Assembly (NCBI RefSeq): GCF_009914755.1
Contig: NC_060927.1
DNA: 64,000 bases
Direction: 5' to 3' (one strand)
DNA from: the human T2T-CHM13v2.0 reference genome, Homo sapiens
Positions 1 through 10,457 of this stretch are shown piece after piece; position 1 is the first letter of the stretch; every line of letters begins with the position of its first letter. Below the pieces are notes generated by a model. That model was given only the letters and a program-made list of their open reading frames with translations. It was not told the origin of the DNA and did not search any database. A program made the position numbers and the translations under genes.

Positions 1-832
1 ACTTTAAATGACCATTTTCAGTGAGGTGAAAAGTCTGTGAGGATGTGCTGCTTTTGGTAGAAGAAATGGGAGGTGATACTTTTACCCAAAAACTATTAAT
101 AATTCAATTCTCACATTTAAAAGCTAGAACATGCTCTTCTTAATTTTACAAGGTGAAACAAACTCAATATAAAAAGAAAGGCAAGACATAAAGAATATAA
201 ACAGTGGTGCTTAAAATGAAACTCACATCCAGCTAAAGAGCAATTTCCACTGTATTTCTGATGTACTGCCCTCCAAAATGGGTTCAGAGACTTACTTCAC
301 ACTGTTTCTGACCTTAGGAATGTTGTGATTCCTAAGTGAGGAGACTAGGCTGATGTAAGCCTTGCCTTTCATTTTTCTCTCATGGGAATAGATACTACTA
401 TTGAGATGGGTCCTGACAGTCTTAAATAAAACTGGATCCTTACCCATTCCCCCTGCCCAAATGCTTTAAAGTTTTAAATGTGTCTAAGGAGAGTACACAA
501 CAGACATTAAAAGTTCAAATACCAATAAAGACTGAATCTACCCAAAGTCATAAGAGAAGTCAGCAGTGCGCCTAGGAACAACCTAAACTGAAACACAGGC
601 AGGACAATTTTTCAACTTGCTCCATTTTACTTCTTGGATACTAAACTGATCACTTTAAAAGAAATTTAGCAAACTAATTCCAAAAAACTACACTGAACTG
701 GCAACTAAAGGAAGATCTTACATTTCCTTTGTTAAACACCTCATCCACCACTAGCACAGCTAGGGAGGTTACACCCAAAATTCTGACTGGGAGAGGTAAC
801 TTTGGGCATTCTTTGATCTCTCTGTAGTATTC

Positions 833-1136
833 TTTTCTTTTCTTTTTTTCTTTTTTTTTTTTTTTTTGATACAGAGTCTCACTCTATTGCCCAGGCTGGA
901 ATGCAGTGGCCCTATTCTAGGCTAACAGCAACCTCCACCTCATGGGTTCAAGCGATTCTCGTGTCTCAGCCTCCAGAGGGTGTATGCCACCACACCTGGC
1001 TAATTTTTGTACTTTAGTAGAGAAGGGGTTTCTCCATGTTGGCCAGGCTGGTTTGGAACTCCTGACCTCAAGTGATCTGCCCACCTCGGCCTCCCAAAGT
1101 GCTGGGATTACAGGCGTGAGCCAACTGAGCCCGGCC
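833..1136 (-). mobile_element. Alu (AluS-like) SINE
   Basis: Poly-T followed by reverse Alu body ending CCGGCC at 1136; flanking TGT(A/G)GTATTCTTT target-site duplication. Confidence 0.97.
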
Positions 1137-1779
1137 TGTGGTATTCTTTCCAACATGTTATCTACGAAGTTTTATTAACAGCAAGAAGCTATCCCTCAAA
1201 ATAAGGATGCTCTTCACAGGACAAATATATTTGCTTTCTAAAATAAATATATTTAAATGGACAACTTACAAATGCCTTACTTAAAACATGAAATAACATG
1301 CCAGCCTATGATGCTCAATGTAATATCCTTTGAGAAGCTTCCACAAGATATTCAAAATATATTCTGATTAATTTTTCTAGTATCTTACATATTGACGAGT
1401 TTGGTCCTTAAGTTTGTTAGTACTGGCTTAATATCCTTAGCCTGTTTAAAGATAAAGAAAAGGTTACTTAACCTGTTTCCTCATTTCTAAAAATTTTGAA
1501 TAAAAATACATAAGACGTGTAGGTAAGACCCTGATGCATCTAATTTTTTGAAAACCTTCAATAAGTAAGTTATTTATCATTAATTCTACTTACCACTTGT
1601 TTAAAATTATAAATATTTATCACAGTAGCATTTCTTCTTTTTCCATATAACTATCATCCAATAAACTGATGGCTCTCTTACTAAGGTAAGAGAATCATAT
1701 TCTCACATTATTAAGATCATCAATTATCATGATGGCCTTGTACAATTCAGAAACAGCAAACAATGGGCAAGTATTTGAT

Positions 1780-2200
1780 ACAGTCATTTAGTCATTTATT
1801 CTTCAAATCTCTGAGTGCCTATTATACGCCAGGCTTAGTCTAGGCACTGATATTACAAAGATGAAGATGACAGAATCCTATACCCAATGAATTTAAGGGA
1901 TTTAGAGAGCTCCAAAGATAAAGAACAATGCAGTGGGAATAAAGCTGAGATGGAACCAGAAAAAGAGGGCAATCAGAAGAGAGAGAGTGTGTTTAAAATT
2001 TCCAGGGTGATGCAGTTCTGGCCAAAATGCAGCTAGTCCTGCAACTGGTAGCTACAGCAGAGTGAAGGTGAATTAGGCCAGGAATTGGACAGTTTGAGGG
2101 TTGAATGGGGTCATTCACATGGATTTTGAAACCTCCTGGAATTGTAACAGCAGTATGCATGAAGAGAAGGACTACAATAAACCTTATCTCAATATATTCA
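1780..2200 (-). mobile_element. L2 LINE 3' fragment
   Basis: TCATTTATTC...TGAGTGCCTATTATACGCCAGGC...CTAGGCACTG typical of a reversed L2 3' end; distal boundary uncertain. Confidence 0.6.
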
Positions 2201-4151
2201 ATAAAGCTTCCCAAATGATTTTTTTAATGTCAGTTATTTTAACTTTGCATCAATGCTAAAGCAGGATTAACATCTCTTTGATGATTTCAACAAATGGTTT
2301 TAATCTGGAAAATCTATTATGAAAACCTACTACAGTATAAATATGACCACTCATACTTTCATTTGGTTTAAAAGCTTAACAATATATATTTCAATAAGGA
2401 AAACTCTTTATCTTTAGTATTGAACTTCTTTTGATGAAACCTAATATGTAACAAGTATCCTTTTGTAAAATAAACCTTTAAAATGTAGACCACTCCATTG
2501 AGACAAAAAAGAAAAAATAATCCATTCTTTCATTCCTTTACGATAAAACACAATGAAAGTTCTGTAAACACAATGGAAAATCATGATTGCTATGAGATTC
2601 ATACAGAAGTAACCAGAACATAGCAGAACTTTTTCTTTGATTATTTTTCAAAAGAAAAAGAAACATTAGAAATGTTGGAAATTCAAACTATACTTTTATG
2701 ACCTAGAGTTATGTGATAAAAGACCAGTTTCATCAACAAGCAAAATAAACTTGACATTGAAACAACAGTAGTAACAAATTTTTTAAACAAATCTACATTA
2801 AGTTTCTTATTATTTGCTATTCCCAGTAGTCTATCATAAAACAGTGAAGTGGCAATCTGAATGGAGTCAATTAATCCATATTTATTGCTTCTGATCCTCC
2901 ACCTTAATTTTAAACACATGGCTCAAAAAGACATAATTGATCAGTTTTTTTTCCAAGTTCTACCCCAAACCCAGCAGGAAAATCCTATTTCTACTTGTTA
3001 CACCATTTTTATCACTTTTGACAAATCAAGGATGGCTTTTGTCTTGTTTTTACTCAATAGAATATAGTTAGAAACTCCTCAAGTATTTCTAGTGTCCTTT
3101 CCACCATTTCTCACACTACTTCTGTTTTCTCCCCAAGCTATCCAAATGGTCTGCTTTCCGTGAGTTAAGCCATTCGTTCACCCTACTCTGATACAATGTT
3201 TCTATGTCTCAGCCTGTTGAATTCTCAAATGCACCAGCTTTACGTCAAAATACTCACATGGAATCTTTTCCCTACCCCTTCCCATATGTGACATGCCACA
3301 ACACTTTATCTGCCAGGGCACAAAGGTTTCCTTGAAGGGCACCATGGTTATTTTACATAGATATTGTGTTTCAGCTCTATCAGCGCACATCTTTGTTAGA
3401 GAAGAAAAAGTCTTACACCTGTAACAACTTCTTAAAATAGCTATCAAATAAAAGTTTGTTAATTTCAAAGATTATAAAAAATATTTTTAAACTATAAGGA
3501 ATAATTTGCTGACCCCAAAACTGTGCTAATGAACAGACAGATAGGAATAGCCTATAAAATTAGTTTACAGAAAATAATTTTTAACCAAAACCCACTTTAA
3601 CAGAGAATTACAACTCTGAAGTTTGACTTTCAATTAGAAAAATATCTTTACTCTGTGAGTTCTGAGACCTTTTATTTTCTCTCATTTTTTTTCTTTCTTC
3701 ATGAATGGTAAAACAGAATACCAACAAGACAAAGGAAATTAATGCTATATCCCTCATGTGCAGTTTCCAGAAACTCAAGTAAATGTAACATATTTGTCAT
3801 ACTTTCTGAGGAAGCATAACATAGTTTCCCATCACACTAATTGTTCCCTGACAGTTCCTTCCTTCTTCTGGCTCTGGAAATTTTCCTTATTGATACCTGT
3901 GTCTCATTTCAATACTGTTCTTTTGGAATAGGACAAGTAAAATACAAATGAACCAAAGGAGGAAAAAAGTCATCTCTCTGGTGCTTATGTCGTGCAATAC
4001 TAACAGAGAAAACTAAAATCATGAGATTTTTTCTACCTCTTCCCCAGGATTAAAATTATCTTTATTCAGTATGTGCAAATATAAAGATAAAAACAAACAC
4101 AAATTTGCCAAGCAATTCCCACTCATTTTAGCCATGATCTGATATAGATAC

Positions 4152-4310
4152 CTCATAGAAAACTGGGAACCAGTGGTAGTGCAAGTGCATATCAAGTGCC
4201 CCAGATATGCCTTCTCCGTTTGAAAGCCAACACAGACTGGTTGCCAGTGGGGCCCTTTGAAGGATGGGAGACATTGCAGTGAGTCTGGAAATCTATTCTC
4301 ACACATAACA
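4152..4310 (-). other. Candidate 159-nt cassette exon coinciding with arm A
   Basis: Minus strand: ~65-nt pyrimidine-rich tract including C12, ending ctctcacacag|, and a weak GAG|gtatct donor; phase 2-2 frame open (matches ORF-track entry 4019-4306 MCENRFPDSLQ...). Confidence 0.35.
4156..4299. repeat. Inverted repeat arm A (pairs with 4648-4794)
   Basis: Hand alignment to the reverse complement of 4648-4794 gives 118/144 identities and one 3-nt gap; perfect blocks 4267-4299, 4207-4228, 4238-4250. Confidence 0.97.
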
Positions 4311-4647
4311 CTGTGTGAGAGGATCGGGGGGGGGGGGAAAGTGGGTAAAATGAAAGTGTAGAGTGAAAAAGGCAGGGTAATCGATACTATGCTCAGTACA
4401 ATCTTAGTTCTATTAAATTAAAAGGCTATAAATACCACATTATAGATGATGTGTTGTAAATAGGAAAACAAATACAGGATATACACAAAAAGGCATTATC
4501 AATAGTAACCTCTGGTTAGTAGAATTACTATGGTTTTTCTTTCTTTTATTCTTTAAATTGCCCTATTTTCAGTAAGAAACAAAAATGTCATTAAAAAGCC
4601 ATTATATTGATGTTCTCTGATAAACCTGAGATGTGCCTACTGGAGAC

Positions 4648-4794
4648 AGAATAGATTTCCAGACTCACTGCAATGTCTCCGGTACTCTGAAAGGCTCCAC
4701 TGGCAACCACGCTGCTTCGGCTTTCAAACGGAGAAGGCATCTCTGGGGCACTCAAGCCAAACCACTTGCATGACCATTGATTACCAATCTTCTA
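4648..4794. repeat. Inverted repeat arm B (pairs with 4156-4299)
   Basis: AGAATAGATTTCCAGACTCACTGCAATGTCTCC (4648-4680) is the exact reverse complement of 4267-4299; GGCTTTCAAACGGAGAAGGCAT (4719-4740) is the exact reverse complement of 4207-4228. Confidence 0.97.
4669..4791 (-). other. Candidate 123-nt cassette exon coinciding with arm B
   Basis: Minus strand: gactaac actttttag|AAG... acceptor (NAGNAG) and GCA|gtgagt donor; phase-0 frame open (KIGNQWSCKWFGLSAPEMPSPFESRSSVVASGAFQSTGDIA), other two frames hit stops. Confidence 0.35.
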
Positions 4795-5589
4795 AAAAGT
4801 GTTAGTCCTTCCCCCATAGTACATTCACAAATGGCACACCAGTATTTTTTCCATATCCTTCCCCAAAAGAAAAACCTCTTAGTTCTAATTTCATATCTTT
4901 AAAATAAAAACCAGACAACAGAAAGCTCAAACACTTAAATCCACAGTCTAAAATTGCTTTAAACAGAAGGAGGGGTCTGGATCCTTAAATCTAGTTCATG
5001 ATTTATCTCCTTCCTTTATAATAGTCTCCTAAAAAATGCAACTAAAACTAAATTATTATTAGGAGCAAGAAACCTCAGAATAGTTATATAGATAAATTAG
5101 CACATCACATGTGTTCTTTGTCATATAACGTCATGAAAGAAATGGTATAGCTGAACCCAACCAGATGATTCAATTAACTCCATTTTACTTCCATTTATTA
5201 GATATATGATATGTCTTAATATGCATGATAACAGTTCAAGAGAACACTAATTTAGATGTCAATGGTCTCACAGAAAAATCCTGTCTTTTTAAAGCATTGA
5301 GACTATGCCAGGTAGTTTTTTTCTTTCAAAATGAAAAATAAAAAGTAATCACAGAAAAACATGGCTGTAATAACCTACTAGTTCTCAGCAGTACAATTTC
5401 CCTGAACCACTATAGAAGTCTTAAACTTTCTGAATACAATGACGACTAAGCATTTTTTAAAGGTCTAAGACTTTCACAAATGCAAAAGTTAAGCTGGATT
5501 TAACTTATTCTACAGCTGAGTGGTGGTGACAGGACCTTCTTGGATACTTGGTTTACATTTCTAATAACAAGGCTAATTAAGGAAATACT

Positions 5590-5762
5590 GGGATACAGTG
5601 GAAGAAAACACAGTGCTGACAGACCAGGTTTCTAGACACAACTCTGCCCTTCACACTATTCCATGATATGAACAAGAGTGAAAGCTTCTCTTATCTAAAC
5701 CTTCTTCTATAAAACCAGGGGGTTGTGGTACATACGTTCTATGGCCCCATAACATTCTATGG
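5590..5762 (+). mobile_element. MIR SINE fragment
   Basis: CAGTGGAAGAAAACAC...AGACCAGGTTTCTAG...CTCTGCC...CTATAAAA...GGGGGTTG...ATTCTATG MIR-like core. Confidence 0.5.
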
Positions 5763-6632
5763 GGCTATCTACCACTTTTATTCTGATCAGCAGGAGACTA
5801 GATAACTCTGGCGCTAAAATGTCTATATGCTTTAAGCAAAAACTGTGAATCCATTTCACAACTTACAGCTAACATGAAAGTACAATAGGCTATATGATAT
5901 TTTCAACTTACAGACTTTCCTCAATATGCCTCAGTCTTAGACTGAAGAAATCCTGAAGGCAGTATGCCAAGAATCTAACATAGAAAACTCAAATTACCAT
6001 AAGCATAAAAACTTTCAATTAGTATATTTGAAAGCCTTGACTTTTATTTTGTTCTTTACCATCACAGGCATTACTGACATTTCTTTTTTTCTTTTTTTAA
6101 CAATGAAAACTCCATGAATAACATGGCCCTCAAAACAAAGAAAACCACAAAGCAGCAGAAATAATTTTTAAAAAGGCAATTTAAAATCTGTGTTTCATGT
6201 TAATGAATAGTAAACACTAGAACACTGAAACCATATGAAAAATATAAATTGTAGTAGAATGGAATATGCCCACTGGGAAACTTATGGTTTAAGAAGCTGA
6301 CTTATTTATTTGCTCTTGGTGAGGCAATGTGCTAATATTTGTAGTAGACGCAGGATAACATCAGATGTAAAAATTTTACCTTTCATATCACCCAACAACT
6401 CAGAAATTTCCAAATTTGGAGAGACTGCTACTTTTACCACATGATGGCTCCTCAATAATGTGATCCAAATATCTTTATAATCTCACTGACTGCAAAGACA
6501 ATTATCCCGCCACATAAATAAAACTTCCTCAGATATTGGCTTTGGAGCAGAAGGACAAATTTATCTGCCTATACCATTGAAGGTAATATATTACAACGGT
6601 GAAAAGCTCCAGCTCTAAAGTAAAAAAAAAAG

Positions 6633-6816
6633 CAGGAGTGTCCAATCTTTTGGTTTCCTTGGGCCACATGTAAAATACACTAACACTAACAATAGCTGAT
6701 GAGCTTAAAAAAAGAAGTCACAAAAAAAATCTCATAATGTTTTAAGAAAGTTTACGAATTTGTGTTGAGCTACATTCAAAGCTGTACTGGGCCAGGTCAC
6801 GGGTTGGACAAGCTTG
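6633..6816 (+). mobile_element. MER30 (hAT-Charlie MITE) inserted in a MIR remnant
   Basis: CAGGAGTGTCCAATCTTTTGG...ACACTAACACTAAC...GGGTTGGACAAGCTTG matches MER30; CTCTAAAG occurs at 6613-6620 and 6817-6824. Confidence 0.9.
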
Positions 6817-6971
6817 CTCTAAAGCTTAAGGTACTTAGTAACTAGATGACCTCGGACACTGACTTAACCTCTTCAAGTCTCAGTCTTCTGATCCCTAAAA
6901 CATACATTGTAAAAGTACTTAGCTAATTTTGTAAAGGATTGAGTACTTAGCTCAATCTGTAAAAAATTAAA

Positions 6972-7413
6972 AATGGCCACAAAATCTTTGGCACTCTTCC
7001 CAACACAGGGGAGTCTATTTCCCTCCCCTTTTACTGAAGTAGCCTGTGACTTGCTTTACTCAATAGAATGTGGTAGAAATGACGCTACATAAATTTTTGA
7101 GGCTAGGCATTACAAAGTTTGGCAGTTTCTGCCTCTGCCTCTTTAAAAATGCTCTTGCGTTTAGCTGCCATGTTCTGAGGAAGTCCAAGAAATCACGTAG
7201 AAAGACCCAAGTATGTTCCCAGCTGCCAAGTACCAAATGCTAGGCATGACAGTAAAGCCACTGGACCTTCCAGCTGAACTAGCATCCCAACCAACATTAT
7301 ATGAAGCAGAAAAAACATTCGGTAAACCCACAAAACCATGACAAATAATAACTGCTGTTAAATCAAGCCACGAAATTTTGGGGTGGTTTGCTATACAGCA
7401 ATAAATAATTAGC
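6972..7413 (+). mobile_element. MLT1-family (ERVL-MaLR) solo LTR
   Basis: AATGGCCACAAA...TGTGACTTGCTTT...AATAGAATGTGGTAGAAATGAC...AAGCCAC...TTTTGGGGTGGTTTGCTATACAGCAATA. Confidence 0.8.
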
Positions 7414-8754
7414 TTAGAAAACTGATAAAGAGTATGCATTCAATAATGTTAATTGTTATTAGCACTATTAGAGCTACCAATCTACTACTATTATCACGAT
7501 ACTCAATTCTAGCACTTGAAAGGATAGGGCTCTTTTCTCTCTGAGAATAGAAATGAGTGATGAAGCTGGGTAGAAAGTATCAAACATCTTATTTAAGAAT
7601 TTTATTCTTGTTAAACAAAGTAGTTTTTACATTAAAAATTATAAATTTTACATGTTCTGTATTTTCTCTGATAAAAAAACCAACCAGGGAACGTTTTTAG
7701 AAGAAATTTGTACTATCCTATTTGGAAAGCAGCATACCCAGATTTGAATCAGAAGGAATTTACTGCAATTAATTCCCAAAACGTATTTACTTAGATAACC
7801 ACACAATGAACTGAACTGTGAAAATACCATTAAGCTAATCCACTGATTTCTACTGACAATAGACTTAATTTCTACAAGTTTTAAGTTCTCAAAGGTAGAA
7901 AAACCCCTGACATTGTATGTGGTAAAATGTAAGCAAAGACATAGAATGTTTATAGACCTAACAGCAGTGTCTTTTAATTACGCTGCCATTTAAATTATGT
8001 GTTTTCTGAAGACAATTTAACATAACTAGATTTGACATATGTCTAGATAAGAAATCATCCTGGATATTGGCTTGTCTAGTTCTATTCAATGGGGTCTCTG
8101 TTTAAAAGTCAAGCACTATTAATAATCCTACTTATTAACACTAAAGATACATACTGATTTTTTTAGCGTAATTCTTTCGGCATCCAGCTGTACCTGACCT
8201 TTCATTACAATACTTTTAAGAAGATATTTAAAAATATTGCTTAACAGATCACTGTACCTGTCTACCTGTGTAAATGTTATTAGTGAAATGGTTATTCAAT
8301 AGATGCACTGCTATACCCAAGACTTGCAGGACTTAATCTATATGGTAAGCACCAGAATCAACCATTATTTCTCTCTGAAGATACTGATTATTTTGTCGTA
8401 ATAAAAATAAGAAAATAATTTTAAAAACAAATTTTAATATTTCTGTTAAACATCAAAATGATAGGAAGATTGTATACTTTTTTAAAATGATTTCTTGCTT
8501 AATTATTTCTTAAGGAATTAAATATTAAAATAGAGGAAAAAGTGCTACAAATAATCCACAAAGATCAGGCTGCAAAGCAGCACTAGAAAATCTTTACATT
8601 TTCTTACACATCTTACTCATGTCACAGCTTGCTGCTTCTTTGTCTACAAGTATAGCTTACTTACACAACTATCAGTTTTCCCTGTTTTCAGATTGATTTT
8701 ATATGCATGAAAATTATAATCAACATATATGGAGTTCCATCGACTTTAATAAAG

Positions 8755-9130
8755 TTTATTCACTCAATGAACCTTTTTTGAGGACCTGCTAAAATCTGCC
8801 ACTACATTAGGTAATGGAAATATAAGATAAAGACCAGTTCAGTCCTTGCTTTCTGGGAGTCGACAGTCTAGTGGTTACTTAGATATAAAAACACACAATT
8901 ACATACACTCTAACTGTACAACTAAGGTCATTCAAGGTGCTTCCAAAACACAGGAACTAAAGAGAGGTGTTCAACTCTGTTAAGAGGAGCAGAGCAAATG
9001 CAGAAGAACGTGCCAGGCAACAAGCCTGGCAGATGAAGGCATACAGATGTAGACCAGTATGGCAATATGACAGACTACAGGGATAGAAGTGATGTGTATT
9101 CAGGAAAGAGGCTGATAGGGGAGCAAGAAC
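8755..9130 (-). mobile_element. L2 LINE fragment
   Basis: TTATTCACTCAATGAAC...TTGAGGACCTGCTA...GTCCTTGCTTTCTGGGAG...CAGTCTAGTGG. Confidence 0.6.
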
Positions 9131-10288
9131 ACATCATAGATAGGACCCTGCCTCCCCATCCAGGCTGCCCACTGCACCAGCACAGGACCCCTTCTATCCA
9201 TGCTGCTCAGGAATTCAGAGGTCTGCATGTGCAACCATGCTTCCACCAGGGAGAACTGCATGAGTGGGGAGTTCAAAACAGAAAACCACTTTCAATAATA
9301 CGTTATCACCAGGCATAATTTAATCATTAGGAATTCTTAGCTTTTTACCCAAATTTAAAAGATCTGTTGAAGATTTCTCTGTTGTAAGATAACAAATGAG
9401 CTAGGAGCGTTTCTTCCCTGTATCCTTATGAAATATAATCTAGATTTAACAAATTGAGAAAACAAGCAAAAGAAAACAATAGTGCACAGAGAAGAATGCA
9501 CCAGAAGCCTATGTCTTAGAAGCAGATGTTCTACTTTGGCGGAGTCTCAGCCCCTGGTGTATTAACCGTTTGAAACACATTCAGAAATCACACTGTTGAT
9601 GTACTTCTGAAAAGATGTGTTTCTCTTTCAAAATACCACAGTTAATTCCCTCACTTCCAGAAATGATTCATCTGATAAATATTTAGTGTAGTAAAGAAAT
9701 ATATCCTTTATTCATGATCTAAAATAGAATACTGAGCGAATATGGCAAACTCAAAACACATATTATCAATAACCAATCAAATACCATGCCACCCACTGAC
9801 GTTCTCTTAGGTAATTCTCTTGATAAAGAGACTCCTAGCAGCTCTCAAGAATAAATCCCACTTGATTCTATGGACTACACTGAAATCCGTTCTTTTAAAA
9901 TGGACTGAAGTTAAGCATTACATTTTTCCATTAAGTTTTATGGAGCAAGATAAATTTCCTGTGTCAAAATTTGTCACAAAAATCTGTTTTCCAGACATCT
10001 GGTGTCACACATACATGAATACAGTACCACATGGGGATATCTGTAAATAGCAATGGGTGGCCTAGCATTTGGTTTCTGATCAGCATTTATTTCCATTATG
10101 TTAGTTGGTGAGTTTAATTTGGATTTTATTAATATCTATTTTTATCACGTACATTCCATAATATTTTATATATGCCACAAGGAATAATACAATATCTTGT
10201 TTACAGCATTTTCATATTTAAGTGTAAAGAAGGAAAAACTACACGGAGTGGTGAATCTTAATTTGAATTTTATTTAAATAAGTGTCTA

Positions 10289-10457
10289 ATAATGGCACTC
10301 AAAATTTGGTCCTTAGACCATCAGCATAGCAATTACCTCAGAGCTTGTTAAAAATGCAGAATCTCAGGTCCCACCCCAGAATTGCTGACTCAGAATATAT
10401 ACTTTAATAAGATCCCCAGGTGATTCTTATGCAAGTTTAATGTCTGAAAGCACTGGT
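10289..10457. mobile_element. MER5A (hAT-Charlie)
   Basis: GAGCTTGTTAAAAATGCAGAATCTCAGGTCCCACCCCAGA...TTTAATAAGATCCCCAGGTGATTC...AAAGCACTGG. Confidence 0.85.

Noticed and set aside
4019-4306. 95-aa ORF as a standalone gene
   Set aside because: No promoter context or recognisable domain; only its overlap with the candidate exon in arm A is retained.
4156-4794. Inverted repeat as a pre-miRNA or a MITE
   Set aside because: The 348-nt loop is far too long for a pre-miRNA; I see no target-site duplication or known TIR motif (a Dfam check is still advisable).
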